Shown: positions 19,173 to 30,005 of the stretch, in pieces
Layout of the letters: each line of letters opens with the position of its first letter
Position numbering within the stretch: position 1 is the stretch's first letter
Assembly (NCBI GenBank): GCA_016201825.1
Contig: JACQCD010000085.1
Coordinates: 1-62,895 of the forward strand
Reading direction: 5' to 3'
Length of the DNA stretch: 62,895 bases
From: Nitrospirota bacterium
Lineage (GTDB): Bacteria; Nitrospirota; Nitrospiria; 2-01-FULL-66-17
Position numbers and translations under genes: made by a program
Notes under the pieces: generated by a model
The model's database searches: none
Seen by the model: the letters and a program-made list of their open reading frames with translations, nothing else
What the model was told of the DNA's origin: nothing

Positions 19173-20102
19173 ATGCCGAAAGTGAGTGTCGTGATTCCGT
19201 CATATAACCACGCGGCGTATCTGTCGCAGACGGTGCAGAGCGTGTTTGCCCAGTCGTTCAAGGATTATGAAGTGGTGGTGATTGACGACGGGTCCAGCGA
19301 TCGTTCGATGGAGCTTCTGCTGTCCTATCAAGACCGTCTCACGGTGCTCTCCAAGGAAAACGGCGGCCCGGCGAGTGCGAAAAACATGGGATTGCGGAGC
19401 GCGGTTGGGGAGTACATCGCGTTCCTCGATTCCGATGATCTCTGGACTCCCGACAAACTCGGTCTCCAGGTGCGATATTTGGACGACCATCGAGAGGTGG
19501 GCCTGGTCTTCGGAGATGCCGTCGCCTTTTCTGAAAATGAATGCGGCGAACACGTCGAAACGGGCCGCTTGACGGGGGCTGGGCATCGGTTGTCGTTTGG
19601 CGGGCTCTTCAACGTCAATTTCATCCCGAGCTGCACCGTCATGGTCCGGAGAGCTTGCCTCGACTCGGTGGGTGTATTTGAGGAGTCACGCGACCTCCTG
19701 GGCGGGGATGATTATGAGCTGTGGCTGCGGATCGCGCGACGGTACCGGCTGGGGTACATTCCGCAGATCCTCGCGAAGTACCGGCTCCACGGCCGAAATT
19801 TCTTGGGCGGAAACGTGGAGAAAGGCTGCGCGAGTCACCTGGCGGTCATTCGCAAGATCTTGAGCCGATACCCTGAGCTTCCGGACGAGGAGCGGATCGA
19901 CCTGGACGCGTATATGAGGCGGTTTTACGCCAATGCCGGGCGGCAGTTGCAGAAACACGGTCGGTATGACGCGGCACGGCGCTATTTCTATCAGGGCCTG
20001 TCTCTACGCCCGGTGTCGCCGAAGCTCTGGGTCTGGTATGCCTGGTGTGTGGTCAAGGCTCGGTATGGCGCGGCCCGCCGAGAAGCGGTCGACGTGGGAT
20101 GA
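19173..20102 (+). CDS. GT2 glycosyltransferase
   Basis: VSVVIPSYN, DDGSSD, AFLDSDD, DYELWLRI. Confidence 0.92.
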   Translation: MPKVSVVIPSYNHAAYLSQTVQSVFAQSFKDYEVVVIDDGSSDRSMELLLSYQDRLTVLSKENGGPASAKNMGLRSAVGEYIAFLDSDDLWTPDKLGLQVRYLDDHREVGLVFGDAVAFSENECGEHVETGRLTGAGHRLSFGGLFNVNFIPSCTVMVRRACLDSVGVFEESRDLLGGDDYELWLRIARRYRLGYIPQILAKYRLHGRNFLGGNVEKGCASHLAVIRKILSRYPELPDEERIDLDAYMRRFYANAGRQLQKHGRYDAARRYFYQGLSLRPVSPKLWVWYAWCVVKARYGAARREAVDVG

Positions 20103-20118
20103 AGGGAGTCGGGATCGG

Positions 20119-21312
20119 ATGAGGAGGATCCTGTTTACGGTCCATGAGCTGGGGACCAAGGCATTCGGGGGAGCCACCCTGGACTTGGTGTCCGTCCTGA
20201 AGGGCCTCGACCGGACGCGGTTCCGCCCATCCGTCCTCCTGACCGGCGATACCTCGTTTACGCGACTCCTCGCCAGCGAGGGCCTTGATGATGTGGAGAT
20301 GCACCACCTCGCACTTCCGCCGTGGCGAAAACTCAAGCACTGGCCTCGGATTCCTTTTGCGATGCGCAACCTGGAACGGCTCATTCGAGTCGGACGGTTC
20401 GACATCGTGCACACGAACGGCGGATACCATGATGTGCCATACGTGGGGGTGGCCGCCCGTCGCGCAGGGGTCCCCTCGCTCGTGACGATCCGGTGCTTTC
20501 AAGAGCTGTGCGAGAAGTTCTTGTTGTATCGCTTCCCGCGCGTGGATCGCTACATCCTCGTGGCGCGGGCGATGGAGGAACTGCTGTCTCGCTACGGCAT
20601 TGCTCCGCATCGGTATCGAGTGATCTATTGCGGGGTCAATCCGCCGCGCCGCGCGTCTCCCGAGGCGGGACAGGAGATCCGGCGCCGGCATGACATTCCT
20701 GCGGGGAGTTTCGTGGTCGGAACGGTGGCCAATCTCGCTCCGATCAAGGGGATCGAAACGCTCATCCAGGCCGCCGGCCTTTTCAATCAGAGCGCGCCTG
20801 ACGTGGTCTATTTGTTGGTCGGAGGGTGTGACTCCCCGTATCGAGAGCGCCTGAACGCGCGTATCGCGGACCATGGGTTGCAGCAGAAGATCGTCTTCGC
20901 CGGCTATCAGAGCGATGTGGCCCCGTATGTGTCGGCCATGGATGCGTTCGTCCTGCCCTCCCTCTCGGAAGGGGTTCCGCTCTCGATTTTGGAAGCGATG
21001 TGGCTGGAATGTCCGGTCATTGCGACCTCGGTGGGAGGTGTCCCCGAAGCCCTGCAGGAAGGTGAATCCGGGTTGCTGGTGCCCAAAGAAAATCCGCAAG
21101 CCCTCGCCCACGCGATGGGGCGGCTGTTTTCGGACCGGGAGCTGGGACGAAAACTGGCGCAGAGGGGTCGACGATGCGTCGAGGAGCGATTTTCGGTGGC
21201 TCAGCAACTCGATGCGCTCTCGGCCTATTACGAAGAGATCTGCGGACCGTGGGGAGCTGAGGCGGTCGGACTGCACCCGGCCGCGATGACCGACGGGGTC
21301 TCCGTCCCATGA
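20119..21312 (+). CDS. GT4 glycosyltransferase
   Basis: DAFVLPSLSEGVPLSILEAM; start ATG 20119 (MRRILF). Confidence 0.88.
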   Translation: MRRILFTVHELGTKAFGGATLDLVSVLKGLDRTRFRPSVLLTGDTSFTRLLASEGLDDVEMHHLALPPWRKLKHWPRIPFAMRNLERLIRVGRFDIVHTNGGYHDVPYVGVAARRAGVPSLVTIRCFQELCEKFLLYRFPRVDRYILVARAMEELLSRYGIAPHRYRVIYCGVNPPRRASPEAGQEIRRRHDIPAGSFVVGTVANLAPIKGIETLIQAAGLFNQSAPDVVYLLVGGCDSPYRERLNARIADHGLQQKIVFAGYQSDVAPYVSAMDAFVLPSLSEGVPLSILEAMWLECPVIATSVGGVPEALQEGESGLLVPKENPQALAHAMGRLFSDRELGRKLAQRGRRCVEERFSVAQQLDALSAYYEEICGPWGAEAVGLHPAAMTDGVSVP

Positions 21313-22379
21313 CGCACGTGCTGGTCCTGGCCTTGAGGGCGCTGGGCGACTCCGTCTTGATGACCCCCATCATTCGGCTGCTCAAACAGCGAGGAGGCGC
21401 CGGCTCGCTCACCCTCCTGGTCGATGCGCTGGGGGCGGAGGTGTTTCAGCACAATCCGTGGGTGGACCGCCTCATCGTTCTGGATCGCGCGGCGCAGCGG
21501 CGCTTGCCGTGGCATGAGCGACTGCGAGCCGACTGGACGCTGATCGGCGCGTTACGCGCGGAGCGGTTCGACACCGCCGTCGATCTGTTCTCCGGTCCGC
21601 GCAGCGCCTGGCTCGCACGCCTCTCCGGCGCGCCGCGCCGATACGGGCCGCTGGCGCGGGCGCGAGGGCGGGGATGGCTGTACACCGATCGGGTGCCGAT
21701 CCAAGAAGCGGGGCGGCACCTCGTCGAGCAGAAGCTGCAATTGATTCGGCCGCTCATCGGGGAGGAGCAGTCCGATCTCTCGCTCGAGCTCGTGTTGACG
21801 GGTGACGAGCGCGAATGGGCTGAAGGGGCGCTGCGTGAACGTGGGCACGTTGCGGGGCGGCCCCTCATTGGATTTTTCCCCGGCGCGGGGTGGGACCACA
21901 AGTGCTGGCCGGCCGAGCGGTTCGCCGAACTGGGCGACCGGCTCGGGCGCGACGCGGCCGTCGCGATCCTGGGCGGCATCCGTGATCGTGAGGCATGCCA
22001 CGCCGTCGCGACGCGGATGACCAGACGTCCCCTGATGTTTGACGAGTTAGGGTCGTTGCGACAGACGATGGCGCTCATCGCGCGAACCGATCTGTTCATC
22101 GCGAACGACACCGGTCCCATGCACGTGGCCGTGGCGCTCGGACGGCCGACCATTGCGCTCTTCGGGCCGTCCGACGTCTCCAAGTACGGCCCGTGGGGTC
22201 CCCACGCGACCGTGGTGCAGCATGTGCTGCCGTGCAATCCGTGTCCCCAGCAGGAGGACACGTGTCACCGCCACGGCCGGGCGCGCCAGGAATGCATGAC
22301 GTTGATCACCGTCGACGAGGTGGCTGCGCACGCCCAGCGCCTGCTGGCATCTCGCATCGAGGTCGGCCATGGCGGGTAA
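21309..22379 (+). CDS. GT9 heptosyltransferase-family protein
   Basis: LRALGDSVL, FPGAGWDHKCWP, ANDTGPMHVAVA. Confidence 0.88.
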   Translation: MTHVLVLALRALGDSVLMTPIIRLLKQRGGAGSLTLLVDALGAEVFQHNPWVDRLIVLDRAAQRRLPWHERLRADWTLIGALRAERFDTAVDLFSGPRSAWLARLSGAPRRYGPLARARGRGWLYTDRVPIQEAGRHLVEQKLQLIRPLIGEEQSDLSLELVLTGDEREWAEGALRERGHVAGRPLIGFFPGAGWDHKCWPAERFAELGDRLGRDAAVAILGGIRDREACHAVATRMTRRPLMFDELGSLRQTMALIARTDLFIANDTGPMHVAVALGRPTIALFGPSDVSKYGPWGPHATVVQHVLPCNPCPQQEDTCHRHGRARQECMTLITVDEVAAHAQRLLASRIEVGHGG

Positions 22380-23427
22380 CGGGGCGCCCCGACGCATTCT
22401 CATCGTCAAGCTGCGCTATCTCGGCGACGTGGTTCTCCTGTCGCCGGTTGTCCGCGCGCTTCGGGAGGCGTACCCCGCAGCCGAAATCGGCGCCCTGGTC
22501 AACGCGGGGACGGAGGCGATGCTGGACGGCAACCCGAACGTGGACCGGATCTTCATCCGCGGTCGATCGTGGCGAGGGCAGCTCCGGTTGGTCCATGATC
22601 TTCGCGCGTTTCGTCCCGACCTTGCGATTGATCTGACCGACGGGGACCGCGCGGCGCTCTTGACCCGGCTGTCCGGGGCGCCTCGTCGCCTGGGGTTCAA
22701 TGATGAGGGACGATGGCGGGGACGGCTCTACACCGAGGTCGTCCGGGCCGATTCCAAGCATCTCCACGCCATCGACTACCACCTCGCGCCGCTCGCCCAC
22801 CTTGGACTTTCCGTCGCTGCTCGCCCCCCCGAGCTGTTTCTCCGGGAGGAGGAAGATCGCGCCGCAACGGACTGGTTAGCCACGGTGGGCGTCCGGCCCG
22901 CTCGCCCGTTCGTCGTCATCCATCCGGGGGCCCGTTTCTGGTTCAAGCAGTGGCCGCTCGACCGGGTGGCCGCGCTGGCCGATCGGATCCAAGAGATCGA
23001 GGGTTATCCGGTGGTGGTCCTCGGAGGGACCAAGGAACGCCCTGACCTGGCGTCCATTCACGACGCGATGCGCACCCCCTTTCGGACAACCGAAGGGCGC
23101 GTTTCGGTCAGGATCGTCGCGGCGATCATCCGTCGCGCGCGCCTGTTCATCGGCAACGACAACGGCCCCATGCACATCGCAACGGCCGTCGGCACGCCGG
23201 TGGTCGCGCTATTCGGTTCGTCGGACCCCCGCGTGTGGGGCCCGTGGGGCGAGGGGCACCGTGTGATCTATAAGCAAGTGCCATGCAGCCCGTGCGCGCA
23301 CACCGGTTGCGATCAAGGCCCGCAAAACTGCATGCGACTGATCTCGATCGAGGAGGTCTCCGCGGTCGTGTCGGAGTCGCTGCGGCGCGCCCCCGTCCCG
23401 GGCGCGGCGACCGCGTCCCGCGCGTGA
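22369..23427 (+). CDS. GT9 heptosyltransferase III-like (RfaQ type)
   Basis: KLRYLGDVVL, DLTDGDR, HPGARFWFKQWP, GNDNGPMHIA. Confidence 0.88.
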   Translation: MAGNGAPRRILIVKLRYLGDVVLLSPVVRALREAYPAAEIGALVNAGTEAMLDGNPNVDRIFIRGRSWRGQLRLVHDLRAFRPDLAIDLTDGDRAALLTRLSGAPRRLGFNDEGRWRGRLYTEVVRADSKHLHAIDYHLAPLAHLGLSVAARPPELFLREEEDRAATDWLATVGVRPARPFVVIHPGARFWFKQWPLDRVAALADRIQEIEGYPVVVLGGTKERPDLASIHDAMRTPFRTTEGRVSVRIVAAIIRRARLFIGNDNGPMHIATAVGTPVVALFGSSDPRVWGPWGEGHRVIYKQVPCSPCAHTGCDQGPQNCMRLISIEEVSAVVSESLRRAPVPGAATASRA

Positions 23428-24776
23428 GCGTTCACCCGGATTCCGACACGGTCGCGCGGTGGCTGCCAAGGCTCGACGGGGCCTTGGAGGCGTCGGTCCT
23501 CGCCTTCTTCTTCCTCCTTCCCTTTCCCCACACCGGGGGTGCGAGAGACGCGGTGTTGGCGGCGGCGCTTGCGCTCTGGGTGATCAAGACGCGGGTGTTC
23601 GGCCAGCCGGTTCGGGGGGCCGGGCTGGGGTTCAACTGGATCATCGCGGCCTATGCCGGTTTTGTCCTGTTCGCCACGGTGATCTCGGTCGACCCCGTCA
23701 TCAGTGTCAAGGCGTTGCGCGGCGATCTGTCGAAGTTTCTCCTGGCGTACATCCTGGTGGTGGAGGCGGTGCGAACCCCCCGGCAGATTCGTCGGCTCTT
23801 TGGAACGAGTGTGTTGGCGTCAACGGTCGTGGTTGCCTTGGGCTTTGCCGGCGGATGGACGCGCGAGCAAACAGGGGGGCTGGCGATGTCGTTACCCCTC
23901 TTTCAAAATCCGAATATCATCGCGGCCTATCTCGTTTTGCCGACCATCATGCTCGTGGGCCTGATGGTCGCTGCGCGCGAGGTGCCACGGAAGCTGCTGT
24001 GGGGAGGACTGCTCGCCGCGCATGCCGCGATGCTGCTCGCCACCGGTTCACGCACGGCGGTTGCGGCGACGGTCATCGCGCTTGCGGTGTTCTCGGCGGT
24101 TCTCACCCAGCGTATGAAAGTGCTGGGTGCCGGCGTGCTGGTCCTTGTGCTGGCCGCGGGTGTGACCCATGACAGAGCCCCATCGGTTTTTGCCCGCTAC
24201 CTCAGTCTCTTTGAGTCGGCGACGTATGACCGTGGGGGATTGGACCAGACCATGGCGGTCCGATGGCGGATTTGGTCGGAGACGTTCGATCTGGCCAAGG
24301 AACACCCGTGGGCCGGCTACGGGTACGGCGGAAATCTCTTTCCCAAGGTGTTCCAGCGCAGCAATAACGGCGTGTACCAGCAGCTTGGATCACCGGTTCA
24401 CGCGCACAACGTGTGGCTGCAAGCCCTCTTTGAAACGGGGACCACCGGACTCGTTCTGTTCGCGGCCGTCTTGGGGAGCGCGATGTGGATGCTCCTTGCG
24501 GCCTTGCGTCACAACCGGGCGTGGGACGAACGCGTCGTCGCGGCGATCGCCGTCGGAGGGCTGATCGGGATCGTTGTCCATTCCATGACCGAAGGGCTCT
24601 ATGGCTCGGGCATGTTCGGCGTCCTGTTGTGGGGGCTGATCGGAGCGGCGGTCAGCGCGAGGTCGGCCCTGCAGTCGCCGCGAGAGTCGGCGACCGCGTC
24701 ATCCCTCATCGGGGTTCCAACGACGCCGTTTCCTCCTTGTCACGGAACGGAAGAATCTGATATAAGAGGCGCCTGA
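23424..24776 (+). CDS. waaL: O-antigen ligase family protein
   Basis: Multi-TM; NPN, TGSRTA, RWRIW...HPWAGYG, HAHNVWLQ...ETG; GTG 23424 overlaps the upstream stop. Confidence 0.82.
   Translation: MSVHPDSDTVARWLPRLDGALEASVLAFFFLLPFPHTGGARDAVLAAALALWVIKTRVFGQPVRGAGLGFNWIIAAYAGFVLFATVISVDPVISVKALRGDLSKFLLAYILVVEAVRTPRQIRRLFGTSVLASTVVVALGFAGGWTREQTGGLAMSLPLFQNPNIIAAYLVLPTIMLVGLMVAAREVPRKLLWGGLLAAHAAMLLATGSRTAVAATVIALAVFSAVLTQRMKVLGAGVLVLVLAAGVTHDRAPSVFARYLSLFESATYDRGGLDQTMAVRWRIWSETFDLAKEHPWAGYGYGGNLFPKVFQRSNNGVYQQLGSPVHAHNVWLQALFETGTTGLVLFAAVLGSAMWMLLAALRHNRAWDERVVAAIAVGGLIGIVVHSMTEGLYGSGMFGVLLWGLIGAAVSARSALQSPRESATASSLIGVPTTPFPPCHGTEESDIRGA
24737..24766 (+). promoter_or_regulatory. Putative sigma70 promoter for uxs-pgm
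   Basis: TTGTCA-N18-TATAAG with extended -10 TG. Confidence 0.45.
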
Positions 24777-24843
24777 CCATTGGTCGTCTCGCTCAACCTG
24801 ATGGAACCACGTGAGGACATGCCGCCGCGAAGGGTGATCAAAC

Positions 24844-25806
24844 GTGCGTGATCTGGTTGCGAAACGCGTCCTGGTGACGGGCGGCGCCGGCTTCATCGGC
24901 TCCCACCTGTGCGCTCGTTTATTAGCCGCGGGCCACGAGGTCCTCTGCGTCGATAACTTCTACACCGGCCGGCGCGCCAACGTCGCCCACCTGTTGACGA
25001 ATCCGCGGTTCGAGCTCATCCGTCACGACGTGTGTTTTCCGCTGTACGTCGAGGTGGACGAAATTTATAACCTCGCGTGCCCGGCTTCGCCCATCCACTA
25101 CCAACACGATCCGGTGCAAACGACCAAGACGTCGGTCCACGGGATGATCAACATGCTGGGCCTCGCCAAGCGGGTCAGGGCGAAGCTGGTCCAAGCCTCC
25201 ACGTCGGAAGTCTACGGCGACCCCGAGGTGCATCCCCAAACGGAAAGCTATTGGGGTCGGGTCAATCCGATCGGGCTGCGCGCGTGCTACGACGAGGGCA
25301 AACGATGCGCGGAGACGCTCTGCTTCGATTATCACCGCCAGCATCGGCTCGTCGTGAAGGTTGCTCGGATCTTTAACACGTACGGACCGCGGATGCACCC
25401 CAACGACGGGCGGGTCGTGTCGAACTTTATCATGCAGGCGCTCCAGGGACGCGAGATCACGGTCTACGGGGAGGGAAACCAGACCAGAAGTTTTTGTTAC
25501 GTCGACGACCTAGTCGAGGCCCTCATTCGGTTGATGGCCACCCCAGACGACTTCACGGGGCCGATCAACCTCGGGAACCCCCACGAGTTTACGATGCTTC
25601 AACTGGCCCGGCTGGTGATCGCCCTGACCGGGTCACCGTCCTCCATTGTTTTCCGTCCGCTGCCGAGCGACGATCCGGTGCAACGCCAGCCGGACATCAG
25701 TCTGGCTCGTCGCGTGTTGAACTGGAACCCCACGGTGGAGCTTGAAAAGGGGCTCACGGAAACGATCGGCTACTTTCGATCGCTCATCGGAACGAAGGCC
25801 GGGTGA
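24844..25806 (+). CDS. uxs: UDP-glucuronate decarboxylase (UDP-xylose synthase)
   Basis: [52 protein letters not shown]. Confidence 0.93.
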   Translation: MRDLVAKRVLVTGGAGFIGSHLCARLLAAGHEVLCVDNFYTGRRANVAHLLTNPRFELIRHDVCFPLYVEVDEIYNLACPASPIHYQHDPVQTTKTSVHGMINMLGLAKRVRAKLVQASTSEVYGDPEVHPQTESYWGRVNPIGLRACYDEGKRCAETLCFDYHRQHRLVVKVARIFNTYGPRMHPNDGRVVSNFIMQALQGREITVYGEGNQTRSFCYVDDLVEALIRLMATPDDFTGPINLGNPHEFTMLQLARLVIALTGSPSSIVFRPLPSDDPVQRQPDISLARRVLNWNPTVELEKGLTETIGYFRSLIGTKAG

Positions 25807-25813
25807 TTCCACG

Positions 25814-27271
25814 TTGATCGCGACGGTCCCCGACCCGATTGTGTTCGGCACGTCGGGGTGGCGCGCGGTCATCGCGGAGCAATTCACGTTCGCCCACGTC
25901 CGGCTCGTCGTGCGGGTGATCGGGGACTACCTCGCCCATCAAGGGATGCAGGGCCGTCCCGTCGTCGTGGGGTATGATACGCGGTTTCTTTCCGATCGCT
26001 TTGCGCGGGAGGCCGCTGGGGTGCTTGCGGCGCAGGGATGGGACGTCCTGATCGCGAACCGGGACGTGCCGACCCCGGTCGTCTCGCACGCGATTTTGGA
26101 CCGCCGGGCGGCGGGAGCGGTCAATATCACCGCGAGCCATAATCCCCCCGAATACAACGGCGTCAAATTCTCTCCCGCGTGGGGCGGGCCGGCGCTACCT
26201 GATACCACCCGATGGATCGAGAATCGCATCGCGGCGCGTCGTGCCGACGGAGCGGCACGCGAGAACCACACGACCGGCCGACGCGGAGCCGTCGAGCCCT
26301 TTGACCCGCGGGAGGCCTACCTGACCCATCTGCGCACCGTGATCGACAGCGCGGCCATCCGCGCCGCGAAACTCCGGGTGGCCATCGATGTCATGCACGG
26401 GACCGCGCGCGGCTATCTGGACGCCGCGTTGAGGGCCGACGGGTGCGAGGTCACGGTGCTCCACGAGCAGCTCGACCCGTTGTTCGGCGGATCAGCGCCC
26501 GATCCCTCGGAGCGGCGCCTGACTGAACTCGCCGCGCTGATGCGGGAGGGCCGCTATCACCTGGGGTTGGCGACCGACGGTGACGCCGATCGGTTCGGCG
26601 TGCTGGATGCCGACGGCACGTACATCACCGCCAACGAAGTCCTGGCCCTGGCGTTCCAGTATCTGATCGAAACCCGTGGTGCGAATACGGTTCGTGCATC
26701 GCGCAGCAAGGGTGGTGTGGCGCGTTCCGTGGCGACGAGCCACCTCGTGGACTTGGTCGCCGCGCGCTATGGTCGAGCGGTCTACGAGACCGGAGTGGGG
26801 TTTAAGTACATCGGGCGCCTGATCGCCGACGGGAAGCTGGTGGTGGGGGGCGAGGAGGCGCAGGGGCTGGCGATCGGCGGCCACGTGCCCGACAAGGACG
26901 GGATCATCGCGTGTCTCTTGCTGGCCGAAATGGTGGCGAGGACGGGCAAACCGCTGCGCAGGCAACTTGAGGAACTGACTGCGGCGGTGGGGGCTCGGCA
27001 CTATCGCCGGATCGATCACGCGCTGCCGGCGGAGCGCGTGACGGCGGTGTTGGCCCGCCTGCGTCATGTCACGAGCATCGGGGGATTTCCGATTATCCAT
27101 CAGGACGAGGTCGAGGGTATTAAAAAATGGTATTTCGACGAGTCGAGTTGGATGATCATTCGCCCGTCGGGCACGGAACCCGTCGTGCGCCTGTATGCCG
27201 AGGCGCCCACGATCGAACGAATGGAGGCGCTGATGAAAGCGGGCGTGGCACTGATTGGGGCCGACGGGTGA
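25814..27271 (+). CDS. Phosphoglucomutase/phosphomannomutase
   Basis: FGTSGWR, TASHNP, DGDADRFG, GEEAQG, RPSGTEP; start uncertain (TTG 25814). Confidence 0.92.
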   Translation: MIATVPDPIVFGTSGWRAVIAEQFTFAHVRLVVRVIGDYLAHQGMQGRPVVVGYDTRFLSDRFAREAAGVLAAQGWDVLIANRDVPTPVVSHAILDRRAAGAVNITASHNPPEYNGVKFSPAWGGPALPDTTRWIENRIAARRADGAARENHTTGRRGAVEPFDPREAYLTHLRTVIDSAAIRAAKLRVAIDVMHGTARGYLDAALRADGCEVTVLHEQLDPLFGGSAPDPSERRLTELAALMREGRYHLGLATDGDADRFGVLDADGTYITANEVLALAFQYLIETRGANTVRASRSKGGVARSVATSHLVDLVAARYGRAVYETGVGFKYIGRLIADGKLVVGGEEAQGLAIGGHVPDKDGIIACLLLAEMVARTGKPLRRQLEELTAAVGARHYRRIDHALPAERVTAVLARLRHVTSIGGFPIIHQDEVEGIKKWYFDESSWMIIRPSGTEPVVRLYAEAPTIERMEALMKAGVALIGADG

Positions 27272-27385
27272 TCGAGATCGTCCTTGTGGGTCCTGTCTTG
27301 AGCGAGGAGCTGATGGGGGTATCCGGGATCACGGTTCGGATGGGAGGATTAAAAATCTTTATTAGGGATTGTGGTCACACGTGCC

Positions 27386-27414
27386 TTGCTTCAAATAGTG
27401 GCCTTTGCTAGAAT
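27386..27414 (+). promoter_or_regulatory. Putative sigma70 promoter
   Basis: TTGCTT-N17-TAGAAT with extended -10 TG, in an AT-rich intergenic region. Confidence 0.6.
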
Positions 27415-27515
27415 CCGACACCGCGCAAGCGCCAAGAGTCGAGGGCACGTCGCTGCCGGCGCGCGGGTGACCCCGTCGGCGTTGATCGCGGCAACGGTCA
27501 GCAGGACCGTCGCGG

Positions 27516-28676
27516 ATGTTTGCCGTGTTGTCGCGCATGAGGAGGAGCGCAGTCTTGGGAACGGTGGCTGAAGAGGAGCCGCAGCTCGTTGAGGAGCGAT
27601 CGGTTGATCTGTTCGATTACCTTAACGTCGTCTGGAGATATCGGTGGATGATCAGCGGGGGGACGCTCGCGATTATGGCCATCGTGGGTGCGATTGACCT
27701 CTCCTTGCCGCGGTCGTATCAGGCTTCCCTGTTGCTCAAGGTCGGGTCGATGTTCGTTGCTGGCAAGGGAACGGGAGCGGACGCGGACGCTCTTGTCTTG
27801 ATTGAGGATCCCCAAACGATCGCTCAGGTGTTGACCAGCGATGGAATGGTGCTGAAACTCAAAGAGTCCCTCGGCTTGGATCAAACCGATGTATCCAGCC
27901 TCAAAGACGCCCTCTCGATTAAAGCGATCAAGAGCGAGAGCGATCCCGCGGGATCGACGCTGATGGAGTTACGCCTGACGCTGGATAATCCCAAACTGGT
28001 CATCGACGGATTGCATGTACTTGCAAGGCATCTCATTGAAGAACACCGGCCTCGCTATGAGGCGGGCGTTGCCTTGATCGATCGCGAATCGCAGTCGATG
28101 CGAGAGAAGATCGCGGTGAACCGATTGCGGCGCGAGAGCGCCCAACAGAAAACCGCCGAGATGGGGCGGTCCGTGAAGGTGGAGGCGCGATTTCGCGAGG
28201 AACTGGTGGCCAACATCACGAAGCTCACGGCCGAATTGGTCCAGATTCGGTCCAGCCTCGCGAAGTCGAAGTCCTCTGATGCGATCCTGTTCCGGGGGGT
28301 GCTTCAGAGTCTTGACGCGAACCTGAGTGATCTCAAGGTGGAACGAAACCGGAGCCGTCTTCGGACGCAGGAGTGGGAGGTTCAGATTCGCAATCTCGAA
28401 GACGAACAGGTCGGTCTTGACGACCAGATGGCCGACTTGCAGGGTCGAATCGCCGAGCTTGCCGCCTACAGGGTTCGATTAGGAAACACGATGATCCGAA
28501 GCGAGCCGGTGCTTCCGACGATTCCAATGGGACCGGGTGTGAAACGGGAGGTTGCCGTCGCGGGTCTCGTGGGCGGGATGGCCGTCATCGTCCTTGCATT
28601 TTTTATCGAGTATCTTCGAAACGCCCGTCGCCGCGTTCTTGACGAACGCACGCTGATGGAATTGCAGCAATCGTGA
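27516..28676 (+). CDS. Wzz/polysaccharide co-polymerase-like chain-length regulator
   Basis: VDLFDYLNVVWRYRWMI N-terminal TM, long coiled coil, P-rich motif before the C-terminal TM; true start probably GTG 27564. Confidence 0.8.
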   Translation: MFAVLSRMRRSAVLGTVAEEEPQLVEERSVDLFDYLNVVWRYRWMISGGTLAIMAIVGAIDLSLPRSYQASLLLKVGSMFVAGKGTGADADALVLIEDPQTIAQVLTSDGMVLKLKESLGLDQTDVSSLKDALSIKAIKSESDPAGSTLMELRLTLDNPKLVIDGLHVLARHLIEEHRPRYEAGVALIDRESQSMREKIAVNRLRRESAQQKTAEMGRSVKVEARFREELVANITKLTAELVQIRSSLAKSKSSDAILFRGVLQSLDANLSDLKVERNRSRLRTQEWEVQIRNLEDEQVGLDDQMADLQGRIAELAAYRVRLGNTMIRSEPVLPTIPMGPGVKREVAVAGLVGGMAVIVLAFFIEYLRNARRRVLDERTLMELQQS

Positions 28677-28691
28677 GAGGGAACGGGGTGG

Positions 28692-29990
28692 ATGCCGACA
28701 CGTGATCAGATTGCACGCAAGACCGCAAAGGTTGGTGTCATTGGCCTCGGGTACGTCGGCCTGCCCCTTGCCGTAGAGTTCGCCAAAGCGGGTTTCCACG
28801 TCGTCGGGATCGATGTCGACGACCGAAAAGTGAGCAGCCTTTCGGCTGGACGGTCGTATGTCCGAGATGTGCCCAGCCGTGAGGTGAAGGAGGTCATCGC
28901 CTCGGGCTATTTCTCGGCCACCACCGATTTTTCCGTCCTCAAACGACTGGATGCGGTCAGCATCTGCGTCCCTACCCCGCTGACCAAGACGAAGGATCCC
29001 GACATTTCGTACATCGCGGCCGCGACGGAACAGGTGGCTCGCTACCTTCCTTCAGGCCAGCTCGTGGTGCTCGAGAGCACCACCTATCCCGGCACCACGA
29101 ATGAAGTGGTGTTGCCGGAGCTCGCCAAAGGGAAAAAACGGGTCGGAAGAGATTTCTTCTTGGCGTTTTCCCCTGAGCGAACCGATCCCGGCAATCCGGT
29201 GTACGCCACACGTAACACACCGAAGATCATCGGGGGCGTGACCCCCCGCTGTACGGCGCTGGCCGTCGCGCTCTACCGCCATGCGGTCGATACCGTGATT
29301 CCCGTGGGCTCCACCCAGAGCGCCGAAATGGTCAAGCTCCTGGAGAATACGTTCCGCGCGATCAACATCGGCCTGGCCAACGAAGTCGCGCTCATGTGCC
29401 GGACGCTGGGGATCGACGTCTGGGAGGTCATCGACGCGGCGGCGACCAAGCCCTATGGATTCATGCCGTTTTATCCCGGGCCCGGACTGGGCGGTCATTG
29501 CATTCCGATCGATCCGCTGTATCTCTCGTGGAAACTCAAGACGTTTAGTTACAACGCCCGCTTCATCGAGCTGGCGAGCGAAATCAATACGAAGATGCCC
29601 GAGCACGTGGTGGAATTAGTCGGTGGCGCGCTCAATCGGGTGAAGAAGAGCGTCAATGGAACGAAGCTGCTGATTCTCGGCGTGGCCTACAAGCGGAACG
29701 TCGACGATGTGCGCGAATCGCCCGCGCTGGACATCATCCGGCTCTTGCGGGCCCAAGGCGCGCGTGTCGCGTATTCGGACCCGTTTGTTCCAACATTGGA
29801 GGTCGGGTCTGGGGAGATCCTGACCTCGACGAAGCCCGATCGGGTCGGGCGCTACGATGCCGTGATCATTGTGACCGATCATTCGGCATTCGACTACGCC
29901 GCGATCGTCAAACAGGCGAAGCTCGTCGTCGACACCCGCAACGCCACGAAGAACGTGAAACAGGGGCGAGCGAAGATCGTGAAGCTCTAG
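28692..29990 (+). CDS. UDP-GlcNAc/GalNAc 6-dehydrogenase (WbpO/WecC/TviB family)
   Basis: GLGYVGLP, ICVPTP, LESTTYPGTT, KLLENTFR, GGHCIPIDP. Confidence 0.93.
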   Translation: MPTRDQIARKTAKVGVIGLGYVGLPLAVEFAKAGFHVVGIDVDDRKVSSLSAGRSYVRDVPSREVKEVIASGYFSATTDFSVLKRLDAVSICVPTPLTKTKDPDISYIAAATEQVARYLPSGQLVVLESTTYPGTTNEVVLPELAKGKKRVGRDFFLAFSPERTDPGNPVYATRNTPKIIGGVTPRCTALAVALYRHAVDTVIPVGSTQSAEMVKLLENTFRAINIGLANEVALMCRTLGIDVWEVIDAAATKPYGFMPFYPGPGLGGHCIPIDPLYLSWKLKTFSYNARFIELASEINTKMPEHVVELVGGALNRVKKSVNGTKLLILGVAYKRNVDDVRESPALDIIRLLRAQGARVAYSDPFVPTLEVGSGEILTSTKPDRVGRYDAVIIVTDHSAFDYAAIVKQAKLVVDTRNATKNVKQGRAKIVKL

Positions 29991-30005
29991 GCATACCGCG
30001 TTCCC

